Source: Rikenellaceae bacterium (GTDB lineage: Bacteria > Bacteroidota > Bacteroidia > Bacteroidales > Rikenellaceae). Taken from it: a DNA stretch of 64,000 bases. Of the stretch, positions 26,594 through 39,390 are shown in pieces. Position 1 is the stretch's first letter; each line of letters opens with the position of its first letter. The position numbers and the translations under genes were made by a program. The notes beneath the pieces were generated by a model. The model ran no database searches. It saw only the letters and a list, made by a program, of their open reading frames with translations, and was not told the DNA's origin. The stretch spans positions 219-64,218 of the forward strand of contig JBCQUZ010000001.1 of NCBI GenBank assembly GCA_047173645.1. The letters are read 5' to 3'.

Positions 26594-27796
26594 CTATTTA
26601 ACGATGTTATATGTATCGGTTGCGATAACCATCTCCTCATCTGTCTCGATCATTGCGATCTTAACTCGTGACGAAGGTTTCGACAAGATAATATCTTCGT
26701 TGCGAGCCTTGTTAATCAAATCAACATCTGCCTCGACACCCATAAACTCCATATTGGTGCTCACCACACGTTTAAGGTTGTGAGAGTTTTCGCCCACACC
26801 GCCTGTAAATACGATAAGATCAAGTCCACCCATGATTGCAGCATATTGAGCCACAAATCTCTTCACGCGAGAGTAGTGCATATCGCGAGCGATGATCGCA
26901 ATCTCGTTGCCCTTGTCATACTCATCGTCGATGTCGCGCATATCACTTGAGATGTGCGTTAGACCCCAAACTCCCGACTCTTTGTTAAGCATTGTAGTGA
27001 GTTCGTCATAATTCATACCCTCCTTTTGAGCGATATATGTCGCAGCACTCACGTCGATACTTCCACTACGTGTACCCATCACAAGACCATCCAATGGAGA
27101 GAAACCCATAGATGTATCGTATGATTCACCATTAAGAATCGCAGTAACCGAACCTCCGTTACCTACGTGGCAAGTTACAATCTTTGAGTTATAGAAATCT
27201 AGCCCTGCCAACTTCGCCGCCTTTTGAGCAACAAATTTGTGGCTAGTTCCATGGAATCCATACTTTCTCACGCGATACTTCTCGTAATACTCATAAGGTA
27301 TAGCATATAGGTAATTTTGAGCTGGGATAGTTTGGTGGAACGAAGTATCGAACACCGCAACTTGTGGAACTCCTGGCAACACCTCATTAATAGATAGGAT
27401 ACCATCCAAGTTTGCAGGGTTGTGAAGTGGAGCGATAGCGAACAATTGACGGATCTTATCCTCTACATCCGCATTAACAAGTGCACTTTCAGAGAAGAAC
27501 TCACCTCCATGAGCCACACGGTGACCTACAGCCTTGATCTCGTCCAATGACTTAATAACGCCATGCTCTTCGTCCAACAACGCTGCGAATACCACGCGAA
27601 GACCCTCCGTGTGGTTAGGGATTGGTTGCTCAGCTCCATATACAGCTTTGCCGACAGGTTTGTGGGTCAAAACACCCACTTCGCCACCAATACGTTCGAT
27701 AATACCTTTTGCTAACAGGGTTGAGTTATTGTCATCCTTATCAATCACTTGATATTTGATAGATGAACTACCGCAGTTTAGTACTAAAATTACCAT
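26594..27796 (-). CDS. ackA: Acetate kinase
   Basis: LVLNCGSSSIKY, GHRVAHGG, APLHNP, FDTSFH, YGFHGTSH, MGTRSG, FTGGVGEN. Confidence 0.95.
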   Translation of the reverse strand: MVILVLNCGSSSIKYQVIDKDDNNSTLLAKGIIERIGGEVGVLTHKPVGKAVYGAEQPIPNHTEGLRVVFAALLDEEHGVIKSLDEIKAVGHRVAHGGEFFSESALVNADVEDKIRQLFAIAPLHNPANLDGILSINEVLPGVPQVAVFDTSFHQTIPAQNYLYAIPYEYYEKYRVRKYGFHGTSHKFVAQKAAKLAGLDFYNSKIVTCHVGNGGSVTAILNGESYDTSMGFSPLDGLVMGTRSGSIDVSAATYIAQKEGMNYDELTTMLNKESGVWGLTHISSDMRDIDDEYDKGNEIAIIARDMHYSRVKRFVAQYAAIMGGLDLIVFTGGVGENSHNLKRVVSTNMEFMGVEADVDLINKARNEDIILSKPSSRVKIAMIETDEEMVIATDTYNIVK

Positions 27797-28057
27797 AATT
27801 TTCCGTTTATTTTAGGTTATTAAATTGTTTTTTGTTACTCTGTTGATTATTTTCATCACTCGACTAACTCTACCCTTGCAACAAAAGTATGTAAAAAAGT
27901 TGAAATTCGCACATCGAAAAGCCCCCTTTTTTCAATTTTTTTTGCTGTTATTTTGTTAACATATTATTGTTATTCAAATAACATCTAAATGGTTGATTTA
28001 ACACTCATTAATTTAGATAGTTACAAGATTTGAATCAATATTTAATGGATGCCTAAG

Positions 28058-30253
28058 TTAGGCATCTTTCTCCTCTACATTTTCGCCACGTTTGGTCACC
28101 ACGCCAATCACATTTTCGATCACATCTTCGATCTTCGACACAGCCGATATAGTTGCTCGGTTGGTGAGGTTTTCGATACTGCTATGTTGGTTGCCTCCGT
28201 TTTGATATGGGTATATTAATATAAAGTTAGTCTCGGTGAAGTATGAATCTATATAGTGTGGAATATGTTCCATATGTTCATCATACGAGGGGTTAAACTT
28301 CTTGCTCATCACAAATATCAATCCATCATCTGCGCGCAACTCCTTACCGATAATTAATATATCTTGATACCTCGTATATTCGATACGTTTGATTGGCAAC
28401 GACACATTTTTATTGATGCGCTCCAAAACCCTTATCGTAGTAGCGTTGGCATATACCAAAGCGCTCGCCCCCGTAGAGCGTAGAAGGTTCCATATCCTTA
28501 CGATCCACGCCCTGAATCCAAGCTCCTTTTCGGCATTTGGCGGAAGGATTATAATGTGGCGTTTGATCGTCTCGACAGGTTGTGCCGAACGATACATGAA
28601 TGTTGTGACGCTACTGCTCTTCATCGAATCGTCAAATATTTTGCTCAGAAGAGTCCCTTTGCTAAACTTCTTGCTATCCACAGCCAACACCAAATCGCTG
28701 ATCTCCGACTCCTTTATCATATTTAGGATTCCACTCGTGTAGCTCACATCGTAACGCATATTTGTCTCTATAGAGCGATCCATCGCCGCGGCGCTATGTA
28801 TAGCGTGTTCGAATATCTTCTTCGCCTTCGAGATCTGCAACGCCTCATCTTTGCTTTCGCCAACAACCGCCGCCACGGTTATCGAACTATTGCTTTGGCG
28901 AGGAACTATAAGGTTGGTAAATGACATTAACTCCGCTGTAGTAGTTGTGTCGTTGATTGGCAGGAGTACGCGCTCTTCGTCGTCGCTACGTGTATCGAGG
29001 TCGATCTGTTCGTTCATCGCGATTTTAGATGCTCCGCGTTGTGCCGATATTGAGGCAACGGAACAGGTGACAAAGATAATTACAATCGTGGCATTGAGGA
29101 TTGCCGAATCTAACAATCTGATCGCTTCACCTTCGGGCGTATATCCCAATATTATATTGTGTCCCACCAATACCACCGCCAAAGTTGCCGCCGCATGGGC
29201 TCCACTAAGACCAAATATTAGGGAGCGCTCGTTGGCTGTATATCCAAAACTCTTTTGGGTAGCTAAAGCCGCTATATATTTGGTTATTAGCGCCACAGCA
29301 GTCATCACAACCGATATGTAGATTGCGTTCCAATCCGCTATAAACACACGATAATCTATAAGCATACCCACCCCAATAAGGAAGAATGGGATAAATATAG
29401 CGTTGCCCACAAATTCGATTCTATTCATCAGCGCTGACGAGTTAGGAATCAATCTATTGAGCGCTAGTCCCGTAAATAGAGCACCTATGATACCTTCCAA
29501 CCCTGCAAGTTGAGCCAATGTAGAGCCCAAAAACAACATAAACAGAACGAATATATATTGGGTCATACCTTCGTTGCAACGCTTCAAAGTGTAGCGCGCA
29601 ATAATCGGGAATCCCACAAATATAACCAACGAGAAGGCGATAAATTTAGCCAACATCAAGATCCAAAATATCGCCCCGACATCCCCCTCGCCACTGGTGA
29701 GCCCCACGACTATCGCCAACACCATAAGTGCCGCGGTTTCAGCTATCACCGTACCTCCAATTGTGATCGTTACAGCTCGATTACGCTTCACTCCAAGTTT
29801 CGATATTATGGGGTATGCGAGCAACGTGTGGGTCGAAAACATTCCTGCCAACAACACCGATGTCATCATCGAAAAGTGGAGGATGTGTAGACAAGCTAAA
29901 GTGCCCAGGATCATCGGGATAACAAATGTGTAGAGTCCAAATACAATGCTTCGCCAACGATTCTTCATAAATTCGTTCATGTCGATTTCGAGACCCGCCA
30001 AGAACATGATATACAAAAGACCAGCTGTTCCCGACATCACGATTCCGTTGTCTCGCAAAACGAGATTGAGACCATGAGGTCCTATGATCGCTCCAGCGAT
30101 TATAAGACCCAAAATATGAGGCACACGAATCCGATTGAATAGCAGAGGAGCGAAGAAGATTATCGAAAGGATAATCAAGAACTTGAGCTCTGGGCTATCA
30201 ATTGGTGTCTGAAAAAGCGATGCGTGTGAATATAGAAAATTGAACATTGGCAA
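28058..30253 (-). CDS. Cation:proton antiporter (CPA2) with C-terminal USP-like domain
   Basis: GAIIGP, MFLAGLE, FIPFF..VG; about 12 TM segments plus soluble tail; exact start uncertain. Confidence 0.85.
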   Translation of the reverse strand: MPMFNFLYSHASLFQTPIDSPELKFLIILSIIFFAPLLFNRIRVPHILGLIIAGAIIGPHGLNLVLRDNGIVMSGTAGLLYIMFLAGLEIDMNEFMKNRWRSIVFGLYTFVIPMILGTLACLHILHFSMMTSVLLAGMFSTHTLLAYPIISKLGVKRNRAVTITIGGTVIAETAALMVLAIVVGLTSGEGDVGAIFWILMLAKFIAFSLVIFVGFPIIARYTLKRCNEGMTQYIFVLFMLFLGSTLAQLAGLEGIIGALFTGLALNRLIPNSSALMNRIEFVGNAIFIPFFLIGVGMLIDYRVFIADWNAIYISVVMTAVALITKYIAALATQKSFGYTANERSLIFGLSGAHAAATLAVVLVGHNIILGYTPEGEAIRLLDSAILNATIVIIFVTCSVASISAQRGASKIAMNEQIDLDTRSDDEERVLLPINDTTTTAELMSFTNLIVPRQSNSSITVAAVVGESKDEALQISKAKKIFEHAIHSAAAMDRSIETNMRYDVSYTSGILNMIKESEISDLVLAVDSKKFSKGTLLSKIFDDSMKSSSVTTFMYRSAQPVETIKRHIIILPPNAEKELGFRAWIVRIWNLLRSTGASALVYANATTIRVLERINKNVSLPIKRIEYTRYQDILIIGKELRADDGLIFVMSKKFNPSYDEHMEHIPHYIDSYFTETNFILIYPYQNGGNQHSSIENLTNRATISAVSKIEDVIENVIGVVTKRGENVEEKDA

Positions 30254-30576
30254 AACGAGGTATAAATGTGTAAATAAATAAACAATTGGGGTGTAAATAG
30301 TTAAAAAAATGCTCTTTCGAGATTGTCGCTAAGGTAGTGAAAATTGTCGGGATTTGCAACCCTCCACACAGCATTTTTTATAGCCAAAGTTTAATTTACT
30401 GCTATTGAAACCATAAAGGTTCAAAAAAAGTAGAAAAAATAGGAAGAAAAAATAGGACTCTATGTTTAAATTTGGTTTAAAATTGCTTATATTTGCAGAT
30501 TAAAATATATAATTGGGCAAAATACCCAACTTACGCAGTATAAACTTATTTGAGAGTCTTATAAAACAACGAGACG

Positions 30577-32475
30577 ATGGTCAGCGAAAATTTAACCCCT
30601 TCTGCTCTAAATGAGCAACTCAGCCCAGCTGAGGATGTGAAAACAACAGTTTCGGCAAACGAGACAACACAACTAACTATTGAGGCAGAAGAACCTCAAC
30701 AATCCAACGACACCCCAACTGCAACAACAGATGATGTTGCAATCGAAGATGACGCTGCCAACGAAGATACCTTCGCAGGTAAATCAAAAGCGGAGTTGGT
30801 CGATTTGATGGCGATGGTTCTTTCGACAGAGCCTGTGCAGTCGTTGCGTAGAACAATCGAAGCGATCAAAATCGCATTCTACAAACTTCATCGTGCCGAA
30901 CTAGACGAACAACGTCGCTCAACCGCAGAGGGCGAGGGCGAACAAGTCGCAGAGCCTGTGGCACCAATAGTAGATGAATTAGAGTTGCGTTTGAAGGATC
31001 TACTCAAAGAGTATCGAATTAAGCGAGACGAATATACATCCAATATGGAGGCGATCAAGGAGGCTAACCTCAAAATCAAACTCCAAATCATCGAGGAACT
31101 TAAAGATTTGGTTGAGTCGGATGAGACTCTAAACCACACATTCCCTAAATTCCGTGAATTGCAAGCTCGTTGGAAAGAGACAGGCAATGTGCCGATGCAA
31201 GATGTGAAGGATATTTGGGAGAGATACCACCTCCACACTGAACACTTCTATAACTTCATAAAGATCAACAAGGAGCTTCGCGATCTTGATCTCAAGAAGA
31301 ACTTGGAGCAAAAGATCCTCCTTTGCGAACAAGCCGAAGCGTTGGTTGGCGAAGGATCTGTTGTCGAGGCGTTCCACAAACTCCAAAAGTTGCATGACTC
31401 ATGGCGCGAAACAGGTCCCGTGGCAAACGAACTTAAGGAGGAGATCTGGACTCGATTCAAAGATGCTTCGAGCCAAATAAACAAACTTCACCAAGGTCAC
31501 TTCGAGCAAATCAAGGGGGATCAAATCAAAAACCTAGAGCTCAAAGAGGCGTTGTGCCTACGTGCCGAAGAGCTGTTGACTAGAGGCGGCTCATCGCACA
31601 AGGAGTGGAGCAAGGCGAGCGATAAGTTGCTCGAAATCCAAAAGGAGTGGAAGACAATCGGTTTTGCTCCCAAGAAGGATAACAACCGCATATATGATCG
31701 TTTCCGCACCGCATGTGACTCATTCTTCGAGGCTAAGCGTCAATTCTATGTGTCGCAAAAGGGCGAGATGGAGCAAAACTTGACACTCAAAACTCAAATT
31801 TGTGAGCGTGCCGAAGCATTGGTATCGAGCGAGGATTGGAAAGCTACAACAGATCAAATCATCGCATTGCAAGCGGAGTGGAAGAGCGTTGGCGCAGTGT
31901 CACAACGTCACTCAGATCAAATCTGGAAGAGATTCCGCGCGGCGTGTGACGCATTCTTCGAATCAAAGTCAGCTCACTTCTCGTCACAAGACAACGAGCA
32001 GGAGACAAACCTTAAGGCTAAGGAGGCTTTGCTTGTCGAGATGGCGGAGTGTGACATCGTTGCAGCGGGAGGTTTCGATGCAATCAAGGCGTTCCAACGC
32101 AGATTCTCGGAGATTGGTTTTGTGCCTATCAAACAAAAGGATGCTATCGCAAAGAGATATAAAGAGGTGGTTGATGGATTGTTCACAACCCTTAGAGGTC
32201 AAGAGCGTGATCGTTCGATGAATAGATTCAAGGATAGAGTCTCGTCGATGAAGGGCGCAGGTGATAACCGTATGAGAGGCGAGAGAGATCGTATGTTGGG
32301 CAAGGTTAAGCAGTTAGAGAGCGAAATTGCATTGTTGGAGAACAACATCGGTTTCTTCTCTAAATCAAAGGGTGCCGAGGCGTTGATTGCCGACGTGAAC
32401 CGCAAGATCGAAAAGGCTCGCCAAGAGAAGGCGGACATCATCGCTAAGATCAAACTCATCGACAAAGCGGAGTAA
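30577..32475 (+). CDS. DUF349 domain protein
   Basis: Repeated LQ..WK..G.VP...W.RF..AC..FF helical units. Confidence 0.88.
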   Translation: MVSENLTPSALNEQLSPAEDVKTTVSANETTQLTIEAEEPQQSNDTPTATTDDVAIEDDAANEDTFAGKSKAELVDLMAMVLSTEPVQSLRRTIEAIKIAFYKLHRAELDEQRRSTAEGEGEQVAEPVAPIVDELELRLKDLLKEYRIKRDEYTSNMEAIKEANLKIKLQIIEELKDLVESDETLNHTFPKFRELQARWKETGNVPMQDVKDIWERYHLHTEHFYNFIKINKELRDLDLKKNLEQKILLCEQAEALVGEGSVVEAFHKLQKLHDSWRETGPVANELKEEIWTRFKDASSQINKLHQGHFEQIKGDQIKNLELKEALCLRAEELLTRGGSSHKEWSKASDKLLEIQKEWKTIGFAPKKDNNRIYDRFRTACDSFFEAKRQFYVSQKGEMEQNLTLKTQICERAEALVSSEDWKATTDQIIALQAEWKSVGAVSQRHSDQIWKRFRAACDAFFESKSAHFSSQDNEQETNLKAKEALLVEMAECDIVAAGGFDAIKAFQRRFSEIGFVPIKQKDAIAKRYKEVVDGLFTTLRGQERDRSMNRFKDRVSSMKGAGDNRMRGERDRMLGKVKQLESEIALLENNIGFFSKSKGAEALIADVNRKIEKARQEKADIIAKIKLIDKAE

Positions 32476-32592
32476 CTCTGCGAGGGTGGTGTTAGATTAG
32501 AATAAGTTTAGGTTAAATATTTATAGGATGCGCTATGTGCACACATATATTAATATGTATGTTATGTTTATATGTGTGCACAATAGCATTAG

Positions 32593-34236
<1,644 letters not shown>

Positions 34237-34302
34237 GTCAAAATATTGAGGGCGTAAGCCTAATTTAAGAGAGATAATAATTTACATATATAATAATAGG
34301 TA

Positions 34303-36234
34303 ATGAATAAAAATTCTATAGGAGCCATAGCAATCATCATTCTACTTTTTGCAGGTTTCGTATATTGGAACTACAAGGAGAATACACGCTACCAAGCAGA
34401 GTTGGCAGCATACGAAGAGCGCATGGCTATTTTGGAGGTTGAACGTGCAGAGCGAGCAGCTGCCGAGGCGTTGCTCATAGGCGAGGTGACCGAGGTATCG
34501 GACTCCACAGCTGTAGCTATACAGAAGGCTAAAAGCGTGATGATGATCGGTGAATCACTCACCGCAGCGAAGATCGCTAAAAGCGAAGTTATCACCCTTC
34601 AAAATGATGTGTTGACACTCGAATTGTCGACCAAAGGAGCTCAACCCCAAAGTGTTACACTTAAGGACTATACAAAGTATGCACCTAAGGGCGAGCGCAC
34701 AGAGCTAATCCAAATGTTCGACCCAGCGTCGGCAAAGATGGATATGTCGTTCTATATTCGCAATGGTCTCAACAATGTGAAGGTCAATACTTCGGAATAT
34801 ACCTTTACGGCTCTACCCAAACAGAGTGTCGAGGGTGGAGTACGTCAAAGTTTCATGCTTGATTTTGGCGAGGGCGCTAAGTTGGAGTATATCTACACGC
34901 TCTACAATACCGAAGATTTGAGCCGTAACTACTTGTTGGATTTCGATGTTAAGTTCCACAATATGAACCCAATAATGGCAAACCAAACATCGGTTGCAAT
35001 TGATTGGGCGGCGACAACTTACCAAAACGAACGTGGTTTCACCAACGAAAATACCTACACTACACTCTCGTATCACTTCGAGGGCGAGAGAGGCATCAGC
35101 GAACTTGGTGTGAGCAAGGAGGATAAGGCAGATAATGTTACAGGCAAGATCAATTGGGTGGCTTTCAAACAACAATTCTTCACATCGGCATTCGTTGCAC
35201 CATCAAACTTTGCAACAGCAAATATGGGCTACACAACTGCCGAGGAGGGTTCGGGATATATGAAGTCATTCTCGTCGGTTATGACTGTGCCTTATGATGT
35301 TACAAGCGAAGCGTATAACTTCGCACTATATTTTGGGCCCAACCAATACTACACACTTAAGGGTGTCGAGGATTTGGGCTATGGAGAGCTTCGCATGCAG
35401 GAGCTTGTGCCACTTGGCTGGGGAATCTTCGGTTGGGTGAATAAGTTCTTCACTATTCCGATTTTTGACTTTTTGCGCGAATATATCGCGAGCTTTGGAC
35501 TTATTATCTTGATCCTCGCATTGTTGGTTAAGTTGGTGATCTCACCAATGACCTATAGTAGCTATGTGTCGATGGCAAAGATGCGCGTTATGAAACCCGA
35601 GGTGGAGAAGATCACCGAGAAATATCCAAAGCAAGAGGATGCTATGAAGCGTCAACAAGCAACTATGGAACTGTATAAAAAGGTGGGAGTTAACCCAATG
35701 GGTGGATGTTTGCCGATGTTGATCCAAATGCCGATCATCATTGCGATGTTTAGATTCTTCCCCGCATCTATTGAACTTAGGGATCAATCATTCTTGTGGG
35801 CGCACGACCTTTCGTCGTATGATAGCGTGTTGCAACTACCATTCACGATCCCCTTCTATGGCGATCATGTGAGTTTGTTTGCACTCTTGATGACCGTTGT
35901 GATGTTCTTCTATTCGAAGATGAACTACGACCAAAGTGCATCTTCGCAACCTCAAATGGCAGGTATGAAGTTTATGATGTTGTATATGATGCCAGTCATG
36001 ATGTTGTTGTGGTTCAATAGCTACTCGAGCGGTCTTTGTTACTACTACTTCCTAGCGAACTTGCTCACCATAGCGCAGACACTTATCATCCGCAGAATGG
36101 TGGACGATACGAAGATCCACGCGATACTTCAAGCCAACGCCGCAAAGAAGAAGAACTCAAAGAAGTCGAAGTTCCAACAACGCTACGAAGAGATGTTGGC
36201 ACAGGCTCAAGCTCAACAAAATTCAAAGAAATAA
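34303..36234 (+). CDS. yidC: Membrane protein insertase YidC
   Basis: YFGPN, GWG.FG, NPMGGCLP.LIQMPI, FLWA.DLS. Confidence 0.96.
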   Translation: MNKNSIGAIAIIILLFAGFVYWNYKENTRYQAELAAYEERMAILEVERAERAAAEALLIGEVTEVSDSTAVAIQKAKSVMMIGESLTAAKIAKSEVITLQNDVLTLELSTKGAQPQSVTLKDYTKYAPKGERTELIQMFDPASAKMDMSFYIRNGLNNVKVNTSEYTFTALPKQSVEGGVRQSFMLDFGEGAKLEYIYTLYNTEDLSRNYLLDFDVKFHNMNPIMANQTSVAIDWAATTYQNERGFTNENTYTTLSYHFEGERGISELGVSKEDKADNVTGKINWVAFKQQFFTSAFVAPSNFATANMGYTTAEEGSGYMKSFSSVMTVPYDVTSEAYNFALYFGPNQYYTLKGVEDLGYGELRMQELVPLGWGIFGWVNKFFTIPIFDFLREYIASFGLIILILALLVKLVISPMTYSSYVSMAKMRVMKPEVEKITEKYPKQEDAMKRQQATMELYKKVGVNPMGGCLPMLIQMPIIIAMFRFFPASIELRDQSFLWAHDLSSYDSVLQLPFTIPFYGDHVSLFALLMTVVMFFYSKMNYDQSASSQPQMAGMKFMMLYMMPVMMLLWFNSYSSGLCYYYFLANLLTIAQTLIIRRMVDDTKIHAILQANAAKKKNSKKSKFQQRYEEMLAQAQAQQNSKK

Positions 36235-36253
36235 TATAAAAATATATAAGGTA

Positions 36254-37798
36254 ATGACACAAGAAGAGTTATTCAAAAAGCTTATAGCACACTGCAAAGA
36301 GTATGGTTTTGTATTCCCATCGTCAGAGATCTACGACGGATTGGGTGCAGTGTACGATTACGGACAAAATGGAGTTGAACTTAAGAACAATATCAAGAAG
36401 TATTGGTGGGATTCGATGGTCAAACTACACGAGAATATCGTAGGTTTGGACGCTGCAATCTTCATGCACCCACGCACTTGGGAGGCTTCGGGACACGTCG
36501 GAGCATTCAACGACCCTCTCATCGACAACAAGGACTCAAAGAAGAGATACCGCGCCGATGTACTGGTCGAGGAGTGGTTGGCAAAGCAAGATGATAAGAT
36601 CCAAAAGGAGGTTGAAAAGGCTCGCAAACGCTTCAAGGAGTCGTTCGACGAGGAGCAATTCCGCGCAACATCGCCTCGCGTATTGGAGATCGCCACTAAG
36701 CGCGATGCTCAACACAAACGTTTTGCCGATGCTTTGAATGCAAATGATTTCGAGGAGGTGCGCCAAATAATCTTGGATTGCGAGATCGTTTGCCCTATCT
36801 CGGGTACTCGCAACTGGACAGATGTGCGTCAATTCAACTTGATGTTCTCGACTCAAATGGGTGCAACATCGGAGGGTGCAAATACAATCTACTTGCGTCC
36901 CGAGACTGCACAAGGTATCTTTGTGAACTTCTTGAATGTTCAAAAGACAGGTCGCATGAAATTGCCTTTTGGTATTGCACAGATCGGTAAAGCATTTAGA
37001 AATGAGATCGTTGCACGTCAATTTATCTTCCGTATGAGAGAGTTTGAGCAAATGGAGATGCAATTCTTCGTTCGTCCAGGCGAGGAGATGAAGTGGTGGA
37101 ACGAGTGGAAGACTACACGTATGGCATGGCACAGAGCTTTGGGCTTTGGTGACGCGAACTACCGCTACCACGACCACGATAAGTTGGCTCACTACGCAAA
37201 TGCAGCGGCAGATATTGAGTATAACTTCCCATTCGGATTCAAGGAGGTGGAGGGTATCCACTCACGTACAGATTTCGACTTGGGTAGCCACCAAAAATTC
37301 TCGGGCAAGAAGATCCAATACTACGATCCTGAGACTAAGGAGAGTTATGTACCATACGTTGTCGAGACCTCAATCGGTGTTGACCGTATGTTCTTGCAAG
37401 TGATGTCGGCATCGTACAAGGAGGAGGCATTGGAGGGTGGCGACACACGCGTTGTGTTGAGCTTGCCAGCATCGTTGGCTCCAACGAAAGTTGCTGTTAT
37501 GCCGTTGGTTAAGAAGGATGGACTTCCCGAAATCGCACGTTCGATTATCGACTCATTGAAGTTCGACCACGTGGTGGCATACGACGAGAAGGACTCTATC
37601 GGTAAGCGTTATCGTCGTCAAGATGCTGTGGGAACCCCATTCTGCGTCACAGTCGACCACCAATCGGCTGAGGATGGTACCGTGACACTTCGTCACCGCG
37701 ACACGATGGCTCAAGAGCGCGTAGTAATCGCGGATCTTGCCTCAATCGTTGGCGAGGCGGTATCTATGCGTCCATTATTTGCAAAGATCAAGGAGTAA
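36254..37798 (+). CDS. glyQS: Glycyl-tRNA synthetase (alpha2 type)
   Basis: YDYG..G, FNLMF, YLRPETAQG, GKAFRNE, RMREFEQME, IGKRYRRQD. Confidence 0.96.
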   Translation: MTQEELFKKLIAHCKEYGFVFPSSEIYDGLGAVYDYGQNGVELKNNIKKYWWDSMVKLHENIVGLDAAIFMHPRTWEASGHVGAFNDPLIDNKDSKKRYRADVLVEEWLAKQDDKIQKEVEKARKRFKESFDEEQFRATSPRVLEIATKRDAQHKRFADALNANDFEEVRQIILDCEIVCPISGTRNWTDVRQFNLMFSTQMGATSEGANTIYLRPETAQGIFVNFLNVQKTGRMKLPFGIAQIGKAFRNEIVARQFIFRMREFEQMEMQFFVRPGEEMKWWNEWKTTRMAWHRALGFGDANYRYHDHDKLAHYANAAADIEYNFPFGFKEVEGIHSRTDFDLGSHQKFSGKKIQYYDPETKESYVPYVVETSIGVDRMFLQVMSASYKEEALEGGDTRVVLSLPASLAPTKVAVMPLVKKDGLPEIARSIIDSLKFDHVVAYDEKDSIGKRYRRQDAVGTPFCVTVDHQSAEDGTVTLRHRDTMAQERVVIADLASIVGEAVSMRPLFAKIKE

Positions 37799-37809
37799 GA
37801 GTCACAATA

Positions 37810-38238
37810 TTGGGACGTATTCTCGCTATAGATTATGGAGTTAAACGTACGGGGATTGCTGTAAGCGATCCCCTACAACTCATAGCTGGTGGATTGGATA
37901 CCCTAGACACCAAGCAGTTAGAAAAGTGGCTTGTGGAGTATTGCTCCAAAAACGAAGTCACGATAATCGTTGTGGGGATGCCTAAACACACTACATCGGC
38001 AGAACCTGCCCAAACATGGAAATATATAGAGCCATTGGTGTTGCGCATAAAGCGTGCACACCCCACAATCGAGGTGGTGTTGCATGACGAACGCTACACA
38101 TCGGTGCTCGCTCACCGCACGATGTTGGAGAGTGGCATCGGCAAGATGGCAAGACGCAACAAAGCGTTAGTAGATAAGATCTCGGCGACGATAATCCTCC
38201 AAAGTTATATGGAGTCGAGGGAATTTAAAATGAAATAG
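37810..38238 (+). CDS. ruvX: YqgF/RuvX pre-16S rRNA nuclease
   Basis: ILAIDYG.KR.GIAVSD, VVG.P, DERYTS, VDKISA..ILQSY. Confidence 0.93.
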   Translation: MGRILAIDYGVKRTGIAVSDPLQLIAGGLDTLDTKQLEKWLVEYCSKNEVTIIVVGMPKHTTSAEPAQTWKYIEPLVLRIKRAHPTIEVVLHDERYTSVLAHRTMLESGIGKMARRNKALVDKISATIILQSYMESREFKMK

Positions 38239-38240
38239 TA

Positions 38241-38786
38241 ATGATCTATCCAATAGTAATTTATGGATCTCCCGTGCTTCGCAAAGAGTCGGAGGATATA
38301 GATAACACATATCCCGAACTGCCCAAGCTCATCGAGGATATGTTTGCCACCCTCACCGTATGCGAAGGAGTGGGACTTGCAGCACCTCAAATAGGTAAAA
38401 ATATCCGCCTATTTATTGTGGATTGCACCCCATGGGCAGAGAATAATCCAGAGCTTGCAGAGTATAAAAAGGTATTTATCAACGCAGAGATTTACGAAGA
38501 GTCCGAAGATACGGACACCTTCGAGGAGGGTTGCTTGTCGTTGCCTGGAATCCACGAAAATGTACGCCGTCCAATAACTATTCGCATGCGATATATGGAC
38601 GAAAACTTCGTGGAGCACGACGAAGAGTTCACAGGGCTTCCAGCAAGGGTTATTCAGCACGAATATGACCATATAGATGGCATGGTGTTTACCGACCACC
38701 TAGTACCCCTAAAACGCACGATGCTCAAGAATAAACTCTCAAATATGGCGAAGGGTAAATATCGTTGCTCCTACAAAACTAAGTAG
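38241..38786 (+). CDS. def: Peptide deformylase
   Basis: GVGLAAPQ, EGCLS, QHEYDH. Confidence 0.97.
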   Translation: MIYPIVIYGSPVLRKESEDIDNTYPELPKLIEDMFATLTVCEGVGLAAPQIGKNIRLFIVDCTPWAENNPELAEYKKVFINAEIYEESEDTDTFEEGCLSLPGIHENVRRPITIRMRYMDENFVEHDEEFTGLPARVIQHEYDHIDGMVFTDHLVPLKRTMLKNKLSNMAKGKYRCSYKTK

Positions 38787-38813
38787 ATAGGGGTCGGTTT
38801 GCAAATGTTGGGG

Positions 38814-39171
38814 CTGACTCCGTCGGGCGGAGTGCTCTCCACGGAGCTAGTTTATATTGCGGAGTGGGTATCGTAATGCCTTTGGCATTTCGACAAAAAA
38901 TAAGAGTTGCGTTTGACTTATGAGAGTGAACTCTCAGCGTCAAACGCAACTCATATTTTTTGCTATCAAACCAGCCCACCCGAGGTTGTAACTTTACTCG
39001 AAACCCTCCAAGGAAACGAAGTTTCCGCCAGCCCGTGCGGCTACGCACTGCCCGCCTGGCACAAAGGCAGTCCCCTCACTAACCCCAACATGTTTTCGCC
39101 CTCCACTCCTAAAAAAGCACTTTTTGCAAAAAAAGTGCGCAGGAGGGCGGCAAATCGAAGATTTGCAACAA
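38814..39171 (-). repeat. Modular palindromic repeat element, copy B (inverted relative to A)
   Basis: Reverse complement aligns to 23896-24275 with few substitutions and short deletions; lies between convergent def and korB. Confidence 0.9.
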
Positions 39172-39390
39172 CCCACTAGGATACGCCATCTCCCCCTCAA
39201 ACCGCGAGGAGCAACGATAATAAAAAAGAGAGAATTACCCCAATTTACTAGGTGGTAACCCTCTCTTTCTTAATTATTTATATCTAAAAGCTCAATACCC
39301 TAACAACTAGTCTATCTAGCTCCATGTGAGTACCCATCTTCCACCTTACACTATGCGCAGGGCAACCCTATGAGTACATCGCGAATTAGC

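Noticed and set aside
38779-39200. Small ORFs overlapping the repeats (also 24199-24693, 45406-45591, 60029-60337, 60514-60753)
   Set aside because: They are translations of palindromic non-coding repeats; frames are not preserved between copies.
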